The notes under the pieces are model-generated. The model saw only the letters and a program-made list of their open reading frames with translations, did no database searches and was not told the DNA's origin. DNA of 64,000 nucleotides from Phoronis australis (lineage: Eukaryota; Animalia; Phoronida). Below are positions 37,490-51,478 of the stretch, piece after piece. Numbering within the stretch: position 1 is the first letter of the stretch; every line of letters begins with the position of its first letter. The DNA lies in contig NMRA01000648.1 in NCBI GenBank assembly GCA_002633005.1, positions 102,406 to 166,405 of the forward strand. Reading direction: 5' to 3'. A program made the translations under genes and the position numbers.

Positions 37490-39835
37490 CAAGGTCCATA
37501 TTCGAGAGTTGACTGTGTTACGGTCTAAAATAATTTTTTGGTCACTTACCAGATGCCAACTGAATCTCATTATGCAAAGAGTTATTTAGTTGTGCAAATT
37601 AAAAAAGAATCATCAAAATTGGACAATGTTTGAGAAATTTATGCATGTTTTTGTCTCTGAATTTCATGCATTTTTAGTGTTAACTTACGAGTGGCCATTT
37701 TAAAAATAACAATTTTCAACTGTCAAGAGTAGAAAAGAAAATTATTTTATCAAGCAATCAATTGTTTAGATATGACTGGGAATATCTTGAATCACTTTCA
37801 GAGTCAATTAGATGAAGTTGTGCTTAATCATTGAGAAATGGTAGGGTTCATAATAAAACAGGTACTCATTATGAAATTTGTAAATTCTGTGTTTCTAACC
37901 CTCACCTACTGTAAAGAAGGTTAAAAACTAAAGTTCACACTCTGTAATGAAAAAACTGCAAAATATGTCAGCCTAGGCAACACAGCAAATTATTCAATAC
38001 CTAAACAAACCAAGAATTTGAATATTGAATGGGTTCTGCTATGTTGAAAATGGGCCAAAAGGCTAACAAAATGTAGTGTACGTACCCCCATGTGGAATTC
38101 AGTAATACAAATGGTCATTGCAAATGAAATTATTGCCTTTTAAATAACATGGTACTTATTATCACCAAAGAAAAATAAATGGCCGTACAACATTATGTTA
38201 CCATGTGATGCAGAAACAGTGATGTAGTGTATGTACCCCCTTTTGTAGTGTACGTACCCATTGTTTGCAAATGCCATGAAATTAAAATATCACTTGGTGA
38301 GTGAGCAATACTGGTCATAGACAGTTTTCTTCCTTAAAAATGTTAGGTTAAAAGAGTGTTTATTACCAATACATTTGTTTTGAGTGAAATATTAGCATTT
38401 GTGTAGTGTACGTACCCCCATATTTTAATTTGTGCCTATTTTCAAAGTATGGCAGGTATGCACTTGAATGCTGTGCTTTTTATTTTTTCTCTTTGAATTG
38501 GTTTATTAAATCAACTAACTCTCAGTAGATTCTTAGTATTTAGTTACAAACCTGACATGTCATTGAAATGTAGTGTACGTACCCGTGTGTAGTGTTCGTA
38601 CCCCTATGTGAATAAATGCCATGAAACAAAAATATAACATGGTAAGTAAGCAACACTTGTCACAGACAGCTTCCTCCATTAAAAATTCTAGGTTAAAAGG
38701 GTGTTAATTACAAATAAATTTGTTTTGAGTGAAATATTAGCATTTGTGTAGTGTTCGTATCCCTGTATTTTAACATGTGCCTTTTTTCAAAGAATGACAG
38801 ACAGATATGCACATGACTGCATGCTGTACTTTTTATTTGTTCGCTTTGAATATTGGTAAATGAACTAACTCTCAGTAGATTTTAATTATTTTTTATAAAC
38901 CTGAAAAGTCATTGAAATGTAGTGTATGTACCCCTGTGTAGTGTACGTACCTTCAACCTCTGTGCTATAAAGTATTGTCCACTTACATACAGCTGCTGTT
39001 CTCATGAACAATATTTCCAAAATGAATACAGTCTGACAAAAAAAAACAATGGACATTATCAAATTTGTGGACAATAAAATGCCACACAGTACTTGGCTAT
39101 TACTGAAAATCCTAGAAGACACGTCATGTGACAACTGATGTTGCAGAGGCAGGTTCTCTATCTCTCAAGACAACTTCAACTTGCAACAAAACCAACAAGT
39201 AGAGGTAGCACAAAACTCTAGACCATCTACCGGTAATACATTTGTAATTTAGTCAAAATTTGACGTTGATTGACTGTGTGTATTGTATGTACCCCCCAAC
39301 CAGTACCATTTTTTACTGTTTACAAGTGGAACACTGGGCCTAGCAATGCTTTAACTATTTTGACTAACTGGTGAATGTATCGAAAACTAGGCAAATAGCA
39401 CCAATATAGTTTTTGAAAAAGTAGTAGCTTGTCATTTTCTTTTTGTAAGAATCATATTGTAAGAGAAGGAAGTTCTCAATTATACTGTGTTAAGATATGC
39501 AATGTATGGTCATCTAGAACAACTTGATCAGCACGGTAATAACTTTACTTATTTTAGTATGTGATTCATCTTCAATTTAATCATAAAGTTATTAAATTAA
39601 CAGCTACCTTATGAATTTTTGCATGGTAGAAGTGGGTTGTGACCACAAGTTGTAGTGTATGTACCCTTTTATACAACTGTGTTGCATTAGGCCATAAAAT
39701 TGTATTTGGTGGTTCTTGTGCAAAAATATTTTAGGTTACAAACCTGGAGTGATGGTACTTGAAAATAACTGAGCTTTTACAGTTATATGACAACCTTCAT
39801 TTTTCACCGAAAGTGGCAACCAAATATGGACCTTG
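37490..39835. mobile_element. 2.35-kb non-coding TIR element with an internal ~346-bp tandem repeat and 11 copies of TGTAGTGTAYGTACCCC
   Basis: TIR caaggtccatatt / aatatggaccttg with AT on both flanks. Units 38223-38568 and 38569-38917 align over their length. Confidence 0.75.
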
Positions 39836-42549
39836 ATTTTGATTTTAGGGCCCTGTGGAATTTTATTTTTGGCTTTATACCAATCTACCTTTAATCATTT
39901 GTTTTTAGTAAAATTTGTTGAAAAAGAGGTGAGCTTGTACGGGATATTGGGATGAAGGGGAAAGTAGGCCGTTGGTAAGCACGTGAGATGCTCCTAATTT
40001 TTCATTTGACTAAAAGAACGCCTTCCAGCCAATCTCAGCTGCGCTGTCGGACCATTGCTGAGTTTGTTGTTTTTCAATATAGGTATCACATTCATCTCAT
40101 TTTCAGGTGTCGCCAACTATCCGCCGTTTGTAAGTGCCTGGACTTTCACAATCCCCTGATGTGGTGTTTCCTTGTTTTGGCGACCTCAGTTCCTGTTTGC
40201 CAGGTCGCATTTGACAAGTTGACACCATACTAAGTGTCAAACCCTGGATATAAATATTCAAAATTTCAGAAACACTGCTATGGTTTTCTAAAACATCATT
40301 TCACTTTCGTTTTTAAACAAATTCAAATTTTGAGTTTTTCTTAAAAGTCCTATTTTTATATCCCTTCATACAAAAGTGGAACATTTCAAAAACATTTCCT
40401 AACAGGGTTTTGGAGAACACCACAAATGTGAACTCTTAAAAGTCCTCAGTGATTAAATTGGCTACTGTGGCTGTCCACTCCCTTTTTGTCTTTCATTTTT
40501 ATCACAGGAAGTGTTGTACCTCAAAATTTCACTCGAATCCGATCAACCGTTTCTAAGATATGATTTACCAAAAACTATCCAAATTTGTACATTTGTACAT
40601 TTTCCTACATAACCTTTGTAAGCTTGTGAGAAAACTGTGTAAGACTGCTGTAAACAAGATGATGTGAAGGCAAAAGAGTTCAGGAAGTCGCAGCCTGAAA
40701 CCTCAAGCTGTATTGTGAGAGCAATTGCTAACCTTGAACAAGGGGGCAGCATATTCACATTTTTGGAAACAGAATTTGGTTGGGATAGAAAGCACACCAA
40801 TATCCTAGAAATTCAGATGAATTTTATAAACGGTAATTTCACCATGTATAGTGTTAAGGCTCGAGGTAGAATTATTGTGTTGTAAAAGGATGTAATATAG
40901 ATCGATAAACAGCTGCATTAAGTAGAGTTGTTTTATGTACACGTCGAAGATGACTGCTAATTATCGATGATAGTATCAGTAAGAGTATTTATAAATAGTA
41001 AAAATCATTTACGATAAAAGCACAATGATTTGGATAATGGTAATCAACTCCAAGTTAGTTGAATCATGTTGGACTTCTAACAAATGCGTTCATTTTAATA
41101 AATTTCCAGTGAACGAAATCAACTTGCACGGTACAGTTGGCTTGAGGCGTGTGGAATGGAGTGTTATAAATGATTGATTGTTAGAAACTTGATTCGTTTT
41201 AATGCTGTTTGACTGTAGGTTACTGCTCAAAATCTGTGCTCGAGAACACTTGACTAGTATTAATGGTACAAGTCCCTTGACATCCTTGTCATTTCAGACC
41301 CCTTGTGAGTCAGTTGTCTCAAACTCTTAGTTATTGATTTTTGCTGCTCAGACTACTTTGTAACCAACGGTAGTGAGCACACAGACCCTTGTGTTGAATG
41401 TGATGCTAACAGCGTACCCTCAGTCACAGTGCCACCTGTTGGGGACAGTGACTCTGAAAGGACGGTGGTCAAAACTAAAAAATCGTTGTGTGGGCATGCC
41501 TTGCTTTTGCCATCTGTCATAAACACGTAGTACGGAAATGAGGTGGTAACGTATGTTGAATCGTATTGGTTGGTTTGACGTCATGTTATTCTGAGTGTCA
41601 AAAACACAAGCTCGTCGGGAGTACTTCATGTTGCTGCAGTCGCCGCCAGCCACAAAGGTAGTTCTCAATAGATGGAGCAGTTATTCGTGTGCATTTCTCA
41701 ACATCAACCAGTTGGATTTTTCTCAATATTACTTTCCAACCAATTGAAATGACCCAATGTTATTTTGATCTGTAAATCAATAAGCTGCTCACAGCATTAC
41801 ACCTTTGAACACTGAAAAAGTCCATTTTTTACGCTTTTGCTTTAAGTACACTTTTAATAGCCAGACATCATTAATTTTCCAACTGACTTTAAGAAGAAAA
41901 ATTCATAACTATGAAATTCTTTGTGCATCAAGCACAATTTCCGATCAGTTAAAGTTAATGATGGAATCATTATCATGAAGCCAACTCAACCGACTCAAAT
42001 TCAGTTGTGAATATGATAAGCAGAGCTTGTTTCAGATTTCACGAACAAAATGGTAATCAAAAAATTTTGTGTCCTTTCAGTCTCCTTCTCAAGGCCTGCG
42101 AAAGCCGAAGACTGAAAAGTAGAATTTTCCTTCTCATATTTCTCAGCAAGAATAAAGACCAAACAAAATTCTTTCTGTTGACATGATTCGTATTTCACGT
42201 GTCATTAATCAACATTTGGTAAAATTTCAGCCAGCCATTGAAAAATGAAAAATTTCTAATTTTGGCAATTGGTTTTGTGCTAAATTTCTGAATAATTACT
42301 GTAACCCTGATAAAGCCTGCACAGTTTAATTCAGCAGGCTTGGGAAACCAGCGTATGTTGGTTGAATAACACAAATATTTATAGATTTTCCCATCAAAGT
42401 CTTGTTTATGGTTCAGCAACCCAGTCCTATGAAGTTAATTAGAAATGATATTGCATTTGTAGGAAAACATGGCTTTAGCTGTGTTCAGAGCAACTAAACC
42501 TGGTTGTTCCTTAGTTGTAAATATTATGTAACTGTTACCATTCATGAAG

Positions 42550-43114
42550 AGTGCTTTCCCACGAGAGGTGAAACTTCGCTTTTAGTGAAGTTTCGATAAG
42601 TGGGAAAGGTTAACTCCGGTAGTTAATCTGAAAGAGAAATTTTGGTGAACACAGTACTATTTAAAGCAAAGCTTCGATACTCAATGAAACTTCGGTGTAG
42701 AAGGAAAGGTCAGAGCAAAACTTCAGCGAAGTTATCGGTAGAGGTTGTGGCAATGATATAGGATGACGCAAGACGAAATTAGTTATCCCGCAAAACGTGT
42801 TAGTTGTTATTGTAGCGTCGCCGACGTTCTCTCATTAGACGCACTACAATAAACAAAAGAATACGTATCTGATAAAGAATGACAATGATCATTTTCATAA
42901 ATTCTGGTAAATGGCAGGAGATCTATTTTCAGTCAGCCTCAATTGCACCACTCAATATTCGTTTTCATTTCCTATGAACTGTGCCTTCTGGTGTTTACTC
43001 TAATGACTGAATTGCCATCTAGCGATAATTCCATATCGCTATCTGGTGGGTTAGGTTTAAAGCAAAGTTTCATCGAGGCTTCGAAAAACCAAAGTTCCCT
43101 AATAGAAAAGCACT
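42550..43114. mobile_element. Degenerate MITE-like element
   Basis: agtgctttccc...aaactt / aagtt...gaaaagcact imperfect inverted ends; repeated aaagcaaag and cttcg motifs; more CpG than the flanks. Confidence 0.4.
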
Positions 43115-43579
43115 TTAGACAGGTAAAAGTGTAGTAACACTAGTCAGTGGTTTTACTACTGCTTTCAGATTCACCTCGCTTAGTGCTTCGTTGCGCCATC
43201 GTTGCCAACGAGATTCAATAGCAGCACCACCTACTGAGCTATTTTACCTTTACTACTGGCGTGTTCATATGATGTTATAACCTCTGGCTAAACAAATCTC
43301 ACAGATGGTTATAATCACACTACAGTTACAAGTTTTAAAACGAGTTCAAATTGTTTAAGTCGAGAATTATAACATTCTGGGCTTGTTCTGCTAGTCACTG
43401 TAGGTCGACGACATGAAAGTCTCAAGTTGTTTGTCATAAGAAAGACATTTTCTTACTCAGGAAGTGAGCCACTATGTGTGCGACTGTGACTGGATGTTTT
43501 GTTCTGATTTTCGATGGACTTGGGAAAGTCGACTTTGGTCAATTGTCTACACAAACACGATATGAAGCTGGGAGTCCTA

Positions 43580-44086
43580 AGGCCCTTTCATATTGACTTA
43601 ACTCTGGTCTGAGCGGAGCGTCGACGTAAACAGCGCAGTTAACTGGACCCTTCATTTTGGCTTCGGTAGTTAATGAACGTCAAAGTAAGCGGTTGGTGCC
43701 GCTGTCATCATCGAAGTTATCGCAAGGTAGCGTTACACACTAAGATTTTTTTCAATGTTTCAATTTGGAAACATTTACATGTGCTAAGTGACATTAAACT
43801 TATTCTTAAATCGATTGGTTATTATTAGAGCACAATATAAGCAGTTATTAGTGACGGCAGTACCTTGTAACTGTTGACGATAACAGTGGCACCTGGCGAT
43901 AACTTCGATTGAACCGAAGTTAAGCGTTCATACTGCACCACAGCGTCGAAGCTGCGCTATAATCCACCTGTTAACTGCGAGGTTAACTGGAGCTGTTGTT
44001 ATTGTGATCCAGGACCGGAGTTGAGCGTTCATACTGACCGCAACTCCCCAAACCATCGACGCATCGTCGTTAGTAATAAAGGCCCT
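43580..44086. mobile_element. Degenerate Harbinger-like MITE
   Basis: aggccctttcatattgac / gttagtaataaaggccct imperfect TIR; internal repeats agcgttcatactg at ~43923 and ~44024. Confidence 0.4.
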
Positions 44087-44292
44087 CTAGATATGAAGTC
44101 AGTATAACTTAAGTTATATTATGCATTTATAAGATCCTATTTTAATCACTGCCCCCTCATTTGGCACCTATGTGGAATACAGAAAAGTAGGAAAATGGAA
44201 AAGATACAACACCGTGCTTAAATTTTTGTTCAATGACAGCTAGGAGCTGCTCTCTAACTAGTTGGCGGATGAAATGCTTATCTATTGAAGTA

Positions 44293-45707
44293 CCGTATTC
44301 GCCGTAATAACCGCCCAGGGCGCTTAGAAAAGTTCGGTTTAAGGGGGGCGCTTATTATAACCCAAGGCGGTTGAAACCCGGTCTCCGAAACGGGTGAAAT
44401 CGGAAGCTAAGATTCATCAAATTTACGTTCTTTGACGTATCTGTAATCTATGAAAGACTTCCAACAAAACTGTGGTGCATTGCTATCAAACTTAGCTGCT
44501 AAATTACGATCATTTTACAGAAAATCGTGCTCGGGAGAATCCCAGGGCGAAAACTCGCCGACTGACTGCCTCAAAATCGCCGTCTTCGATATGGCGACTT
44601 CAATGCTTGAATAAAAATAGTTTCGACTCAAGCAAATTACCTGAAATCCTCATTCAGTTTTCTAAGTAGCGTCCCTATGACTTTTTTAAGTTCCCGTGGA
44701 GTCTAGATTTACGGCAGTTTTAAGTACAAATCTGCGCAACATCGTGCCATCTATATGTATGATCGGCAACACGGCGAGAAAAATGTCTGGACGAACACAC
44801 ATGTTGTTGTCACGTGACGTTTGTTTTGAAGTTCGTCTGCAAGTAAGCGAGCGCGTGCGTGTAACCAGAGTTCATTTGTCTTTTGGCCAGAGCCACGCAA
44901 TCTAACGAGCTAGATGTGCATTGTGTCTAAAGACATTTGCACAAGCAGTAGGCCTAAACCAGAGCGTGTTTCATTCAGCACTTGTCGGTCTCGTGCTATA
45001 AACTTTCGACATTTGTTTCGGTAAGGCCCGGATATTAGTCGCCGTGTAGCTGGATGCGTAGGTAACTGTTCTGACAGTTATTTTTCGGTGTAAGGGTGTG
45101 TAAGCATTCGCTGTAAGTTGTCATTTTATCGGATATTCGGCTTAAAAACACCAATTATGGTTAATCAAACAATCCATCTAAAAAATAACGCAAACATGTT
45201 TTATAGTATTAGAAATTGTCGGAAATTAGGGCCAATATTCATTTCTTACCGATGCTATGCTACCCGTTTCATGAATGGATAGTTCCCGACTAATGTCTTT
45301 GATGACTGCTAGGTTCATATATGTAGCGCGCGCTTTCTGGCCACGTGCGTTCAACACCGAGTTATTTTTATTCATGAGACAGTCGATGTGTGCTGTGAGG
45401 TCAGACCATAGTGGGACACGGTCGTCGCGAAAGTAGCAACGCTGTTGCGTTCTTTTTGAAGCGCTGTGTTACTTTCAAGTGTATTGTCACGGCTAAATAC
45501 AAACGTAGCAGTGCCGCTGGTGGTCTAGAAGACCCGTGCAAAACTTTTTTGATAAATTGAAGACGTTACTTTAGCCAAGTTTTAGAACTGAAGGTACGTC
45601 ATTGTTCGCATGTACACGCTCATGGACTGGGCGCTTATTCCAGCAAAGTCTGAAAACGCGTGGGGGGGCGCTTATAGGGGCATGGGCGGTTATTACGGCG
45701 AATACGG
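44293..45707. mobile_element. Complete non-autonomous Tc1/mariner-pogo-type DNA transposon (1415 bp), TA TSD
   Basis: TA|ccgtattcgccgtaataaccgccca ... tgggcggttattacggcgaatacgg|TA is a perfect 25-bp TIR. Subterminal gggcgcttat repeats; no transposase ORF. Confidence 0.92.
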
Positions 45708-45709
45708 TA

Positions 45710-46183
45710 TTCAAAAATGTTCATATTATTGGACCCTGTCCTTTGTCAGGAAAGCTTGAATTTAGAGATTCTGGATACAGTCCCAGTGGCCAAAACTGTC
45801 TTTATGTGAAACGCTTTAATACGATGACTTACGGATGTAACTCAATCTCCCATAAAGGTACTTTGCTGTGGAACTCATTGCCATCAGTAATGAGACAATG
45901 TACTACCTTAAATGAATTTGCCACTCTTGCTCATGACTTTTCTCCGAGATCTGCTCTTGTAAAAACTGCTATGGATGCCTACCTGCTCCGTAACATGTAT
46001 GTGTACTTTTGTATTTACATTTATGTTTAGGTTCTGTATATTCTCCGTACTGTAGAATTAGCTAGTATTTTAGTTCTGTTCATTTTGTAGATTTTAAATC
46101 TGTCGGATATTAGCACCTGTGCTAATGTTTCATTGTTAAGGTTCACCGACTTATAAATAAAGATTATTACTTACTACTACTAC
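45710..46183 (+). mobile_element. 5'-truncated CR1/L2-group LINE (ORF2 C-terminus, 3'UTR, TAC tail)
   Basis: Peptide RFNTMTYGCNSISHKGTLLWNSLPSVMRQCTTLNEF fits the CR1/L2 NTxxYGxxS...LWNxLP motif. 3' stem gtcgg...ttagcac-ct-gtgctaa...ccgac, then AATAAA and (TAC)n. Confidence 0.85.
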
Positions 46184-49100
46184 TAAGTCATTAGTAATAC
46201 AGCATGTGACTAATCAGAGTGTGTGCTGTTAGACAGGGTGCCTGACAATAGCCACTTGGGAATCTCACATTTCTAGAACCAGTATGATGTATCCATTATT
46301 CAGAGGAGTAAACTAGTTCTCAAAATGCAGAGGGGCCCTACAAGTGACTAAATCATAGACAGGGCTAAATAGCCAGCAGCGCATCTTTCAGTGTTATCAT
46401 TGGCTATAAATACCTCAGTGTGTGAATATACCCTGTACACCAGTATGAGGACCAGTCTACACATTATATAAACAGTCTACCTTATTATCACAGTTGGAGT
46501 GTTCTTTCGTGACTGTAGCTGTTGTGCTGTACATTATCTGACTATAATCAGAGGCCAGTCTCTTCAACCCTCTGGCCCTAGCTTGTCTGTTAATGTAGGA
46601 GTGAAATCATGAAATAAAGTGAATGTTGTTGTCCCAAACTTATTTGACTGACCTTGAAGGTCCAGGGACATGTCAGTTGACCGACCATCTATGATATTGT
46701 TAGCACCCATTTACACTTTTTCTACATGGATTGCTTGTATTCTGTGCTTTACACAATCTGTTTTGTCTCATCGCTGTATCGAGTTTTAGTTTTGGTTTGA
46801 CGAGTTTGGCTTACTTGCATTAAGTTTGAAAACCCTTGCATCGAGTTTGGAGAAGTATTGGAGATTAGACAAATTAGACATTTTGGACTTATGGTACCTG
46901 AGTTCAGTTCAAGCTTCCCATAATATGGATATAGACTTTCAAACACTGACATCCGTGAGTTTTGTAATTCCCATTGAGTTTAACTTTTCTGTTTTGGGTA
47001 GCACTGGCTAGCAGTGCTGTTATGATTGAGTGGCACATGTTTGGCCATGTCTGTATGGGACTTGATCCTGCTGGTGAACTTTAAGTACATTCCCAGCTGC
47101 ACTGTACAACTTAAGTAGTAATGTGTGGCCTGGGCCATCTATGAATCTAGATGTACCTCCTGAACAGAGATAATTATTCTCACAGGCTTGGGTCACCAGG
47201 TCATAACCACAGGATGCTCTTGAGAGAGAAATATTATCTCTGCAGTTATTATGTAATCCAGCATGAAACAAATTGCCTTAGGAATTATTTGGCTCACCCA
47301 TGTATCCATGAACAAAATAGTCCTCAGCTGAAGTCACACATTTGTAAAATATAAGCACATGGCAGTTAAAACAGTTATCACAAATGTGATTTTTCCTTTG
47401 TTTTGATAGATAAACAACACGAATCATTTCAAAACTACATTAAAAATAACATGTAGAGACCAGATGAAATGAGACAGTGTAGAAGGTGGTACGTAAAACA
47501 CTTTATAAAACCGGTAAAAATCCAGTGCCTTTAATAAATAATTTTTGCCAGATTTTAAACTGTTTTCCCAGCTAACATTGTCTCAAAACAAGGTTGAGCT
47601 ACTTGAATTGTTGTGACCAGGGGTCAGACACACTGATCTGTCAGTCAGTATGAGAAAGAATTATGGTTGGATTTTTCATTTACTGATTTGTTACGGTATG
47701 CTTGTAACCAATCTGCCAATATCTTCCAAAGCCAAGCAGTTGTGTTTTGTACAGGCAGTGGTTGCAGACAGGTGAAATTATAACTGTTACATCATGGCAA
47801 TGTGCAAACTATGGTGCGTTTGACTACTAGTAGCTTTTTCACGAAAGTCACGCACTAATATTCCTACATAGGTCCTAACCACCGTACTATCCACATCATA
47901 GTGTAGAACGGTAGCTAAGCCTTTCATGTGGGTGCTTTGACAATGTCAATAAATTTCTGAATAATAAGGATTTTTTGTGTTCAGTGTTGATCTACAGTGA
48001 AAACAAATACCTAGGTAGGTCGTTGACAACCTCTGGTGTCTATGTGGAATAGCTTGTTTATCCTGTTTTCTTTGTTTCACACTAGGTTGTGCATAGTGAA
48101 TAGCGAGCAAATGTTTTCTTGACCTTTTCAGGATTTTCTAACCTACAGTACACACAGATTTGCAATCCTTTTGATAGCAGTGTGACTGTGGTTTTTAGTT
48201 GCTAAATGCTGTACGCTATTTATAATGTTCTGGTTTGTGGATACATACTTCAAAATTTATGAAAGTATGTTTTTAAATAAACTGAAAGTTGCTAATAATC
48301 ATGCATTTAAATGGGATCACAAAAATATCAAATCAAGATTTTCTCACTGAAAGCATGCTAAAATGTAGACCATTGCCTATTCTACGGTGTGCTTTTTTCA
48401 ACACAATGTTTTCTACATGCACTGTATTGGGGGTTCTTTTCACAGATATAGAGCCTGGAAAATCTTGCCTATTGTTTTCTTTCCAAGCCAACTAATTGAA
48501 TATTTTTTGATGCTTCAGGAAAGTGAAACCAAGTGTTTTAATGCTGGGTTGGTGACCCAGTTGTCATGGAGGATGGTCCTCAGGTAGTGTTGTGATTTAG
48601 TGATTGATAGCTCTGCTTGCTTGTTAACACCTGCTTGTTAGTGAGTGGTTGAGTTAAACATGCATGGCTTCTGTATTGTCTCTGAAATAAAGAATCAGAA
48701 ACTAGGTGTTAGTGATGAGAGTCTCGGACATCAACGACTTAGAGCTCTTTAGTGTTGTGAGAGTACGTTTTGACGGGTGCCTGCTCCGAGAAGTTAAGAT
48801 AATCAACCATTTGGAATGTCGGCAAGGCGAAACCGCTTTTTAGAGGGTAAGCAGGGTTAAACAGGACTTACGGGTATTTGCTGGTACCTGAAAGACCCAC
48901 CTTTTGTCTGATGTCTTTTGACGCTGTAACAACAGATGCTATTGCAGAGGTTTGGTTATTTATGTAATCAAAAAGGGAAAATAACACTTTCGCAAAATGG
49001 ACCATGAGTTACAACCCAAAACTGAACCTTGTGATAGTTATTTCATCATAAGGAACTTGCCGTGGAAAAGTTACCTATCTGACCGGCCTCGCCATTAGCT

Positions 49101-51366
49101 TCACTATTTTATAGACTCACCGAACACTTATCAGATCAAGTCGAAATCACAAAGTTCAAACTGGAAGAAGTGAAGTGAGCGGCAGTGCATGTTCCCATTA
49201 AAGAAATCGGTAAATTGGATCTGGTCGCTAATTTGTTCATGCATAATTAGAAATTGTTTATTCCCTGTGTTAAAAACAAAACAATAGATGGCGTTGCTTG
49301 AGGCTCTCACCTAGTTTCTTGTTCAGTGACCAGTATAATAATGCTTACTGTTTTATCAATCTTTCCACTTGCTTATCCAGTTTCAGGAAGATCTGGGGTT
49401 GACCTAACATGTGGACTTCATTCTTGTTTAGAGCTTGTTTTGTCTAGTTAGCAAAAGTACTGTTGATGGTGCTGTAGACCTGCCTTCAGTTAGTTACATG
49501 GACCTGTATTGACAAGTCTGTGCTCATAGCCAATTTTTGACAAAACTGTATTTTAACACGTAGATGTTTTGTGAAAGTAGAAAGCATTTGAAATTTGATA
49601 TATGATTTTTTACCAATCTGTCATTGTCTGAGTCTTATAGCCATATACATTTGGTAAAACTGTGCATAAAAGAATGATTCATTGATAGCAAAACAGCCGT
49701 TTCAATGACTTGACCAAATTTCATTTGATATTAATATACAAGTAGAAATCTCAAAAAAGCTGTTATAGTTTTCTTAATTATTTCGTTATCGTTTTTTCAA
49801 CTTTTGAGTTTTTTCATGAATATAACCCCTCGTGCAAAAATCAAACATTTTAAAAAACAATTCCCAGCAGCATTTTGGAGAACAAGGCATAAAGAATAGT
49901 ATCTGATAGTTTAATACGAATCCAAGCGGCCATTTTAGAGATATGTTGTTTCGAAGTCAGCCACTTGCGGACATTTTCCTTGAGCCTCATTTTCCTCGGG
50001 CCTTGGGTCTCATTTTTTCTGGTCTTACGAAGAACTGACGTGTTATTGCTATAATGTTAATTTTCTACCAGACTCGACACGTTGGTACTCCTTTGAAAGA
50101 ATACAATAATTTCAATTTATCTTATTTTGATCCTATGCTACGTAAACCATGCCTATGAAAGACATTCATGACTTGAAATCAGAAGAACGAGTTGGGGTAA
50201 TCCCCAATGGATGAAATGTGGCCATGTTGATAAGCCGTCTCAAAAATGTGGAGTGAAAATTAGGCTCTTGTCGAAGTAGTGTGAAGCATCAAAATTTCTC
50301 GCACGTTGCGGTTTGTTTTTAAGCCAATCTCCATTATTGTCGGCTTTACAGCATTATTAGAATCTGTAGGTGTGAGTTTAATTTAGCTCACTCCGGTCAG
50401 ATTTTGTTTAAGCTTCAAATTTGTTACTAAGGTCAATGTTTACTTTGCTTATTTCAGAGGCTGTTTACATGATAAGGAATTGTGGGATACCTGCATGTTA
50501 CTTGCCCTCTGTTGGCTAAAAATGTAGTTATTTGTTCTCTGGTTTCATTGGATGGTTTCATTTTTGTCAGCTGGGCTGGTGCCCCACAAACCATTGCAGA
50601 TATCATACAAATCTATTTAACCGTAAACAGGTCAATGAAACAGCCTTCGGGTTCGGATTTTCATAGCACAGCATTTCAACTCATATCCTCTATTTTTTCA
50701 TTTTTTAATTGAAATTGTGGTAAAAATTCTTCAAATTTGGACCAGATTAGCTGTTAAAAATATCTTTTTTGCTGATTTTTAATGAATGCTGCGTTGCTGC
50801 AAGATGCTCATAATTTCACCAAATGCTTCTTGGCATGCCTAACAAATGCCAAAAACTTCTTCAGTTTTACTTTGAACTCGCAGTTGTTAACAAATTTATC
50901 ACACTGTGTGGTAGAGCTAGTTGTGCAGCAAAGTTGTGAGATGTGAATGAGAAAGACGTGCAGATCGCAAGAGAACATTATTCATTTGAGAAATGAACGC
51001 CAAATAGAATTAGGGCTTTTGAGAAAAGAAGCACAGTAAACAATAACAGAATTGTGTTAACGAAGAAGTTAAGGTGTTGGTAAGAATGCGCGTTAGTAAC
51101 ATAAGGGAAAAACCTTGTCTCCCCTGCCATGCAGCAAGCCTATGAAAAATAGCAACTGTAACACTTGTCTTTATTTGAAATTCAAGAATTTCAGCAGAAA
51201 GCAAATTCTTAAAAATTGACTGCTGATAGATGTTAAAATGTCAAGAAATTTAAAGTCAGTAAATTCTCAACTGGGCATCCAACATAACTCATCTGGTTTA
51301 CTTTGTCGGTAGACTGTACGTTACATTGTTGTCCGTAGACTCTGTATGTTAATTGTTCTTTTGCAG

Positions 51367-51478
51367 GATGATTCCAGCGCCGTGTCAGATCCTTTCTTGA
51401 ACATTCCAAACCCAGAGAAAACCTCCGGCTCTAAAATGGTGAACATCAAGCCATGTTGGAAAAAGGAAAAAGCGGAAG
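51367..51478 (+). CDS. Candidate exon of the plus-strand gene (DDSSAVSDPFLNIPNPEKTSGSK-MVNIKPCWKKEKAE); product unknown
   Basis: Strong acceptor ttgttcttttgcAG, donor AAG|GTAAAT, open frame, aaaATGG at 51436. No recognisable domain. Confidence 0.5.

Noticed and set aside
38072-39668. CRISPR-like array (conserved repeat with spacers)
   Set aside because: The repeat is only 17 bp, spacers are either a few bp or 130-350 bp and are themselves duplicated, there are no cas genes, and the context is eukaryotic.
45602-46030. 142-aa ORF as a host gene
   Set aside because: A chimera of transposon TIR sequence and a CR1/L2 ORF2 tail.
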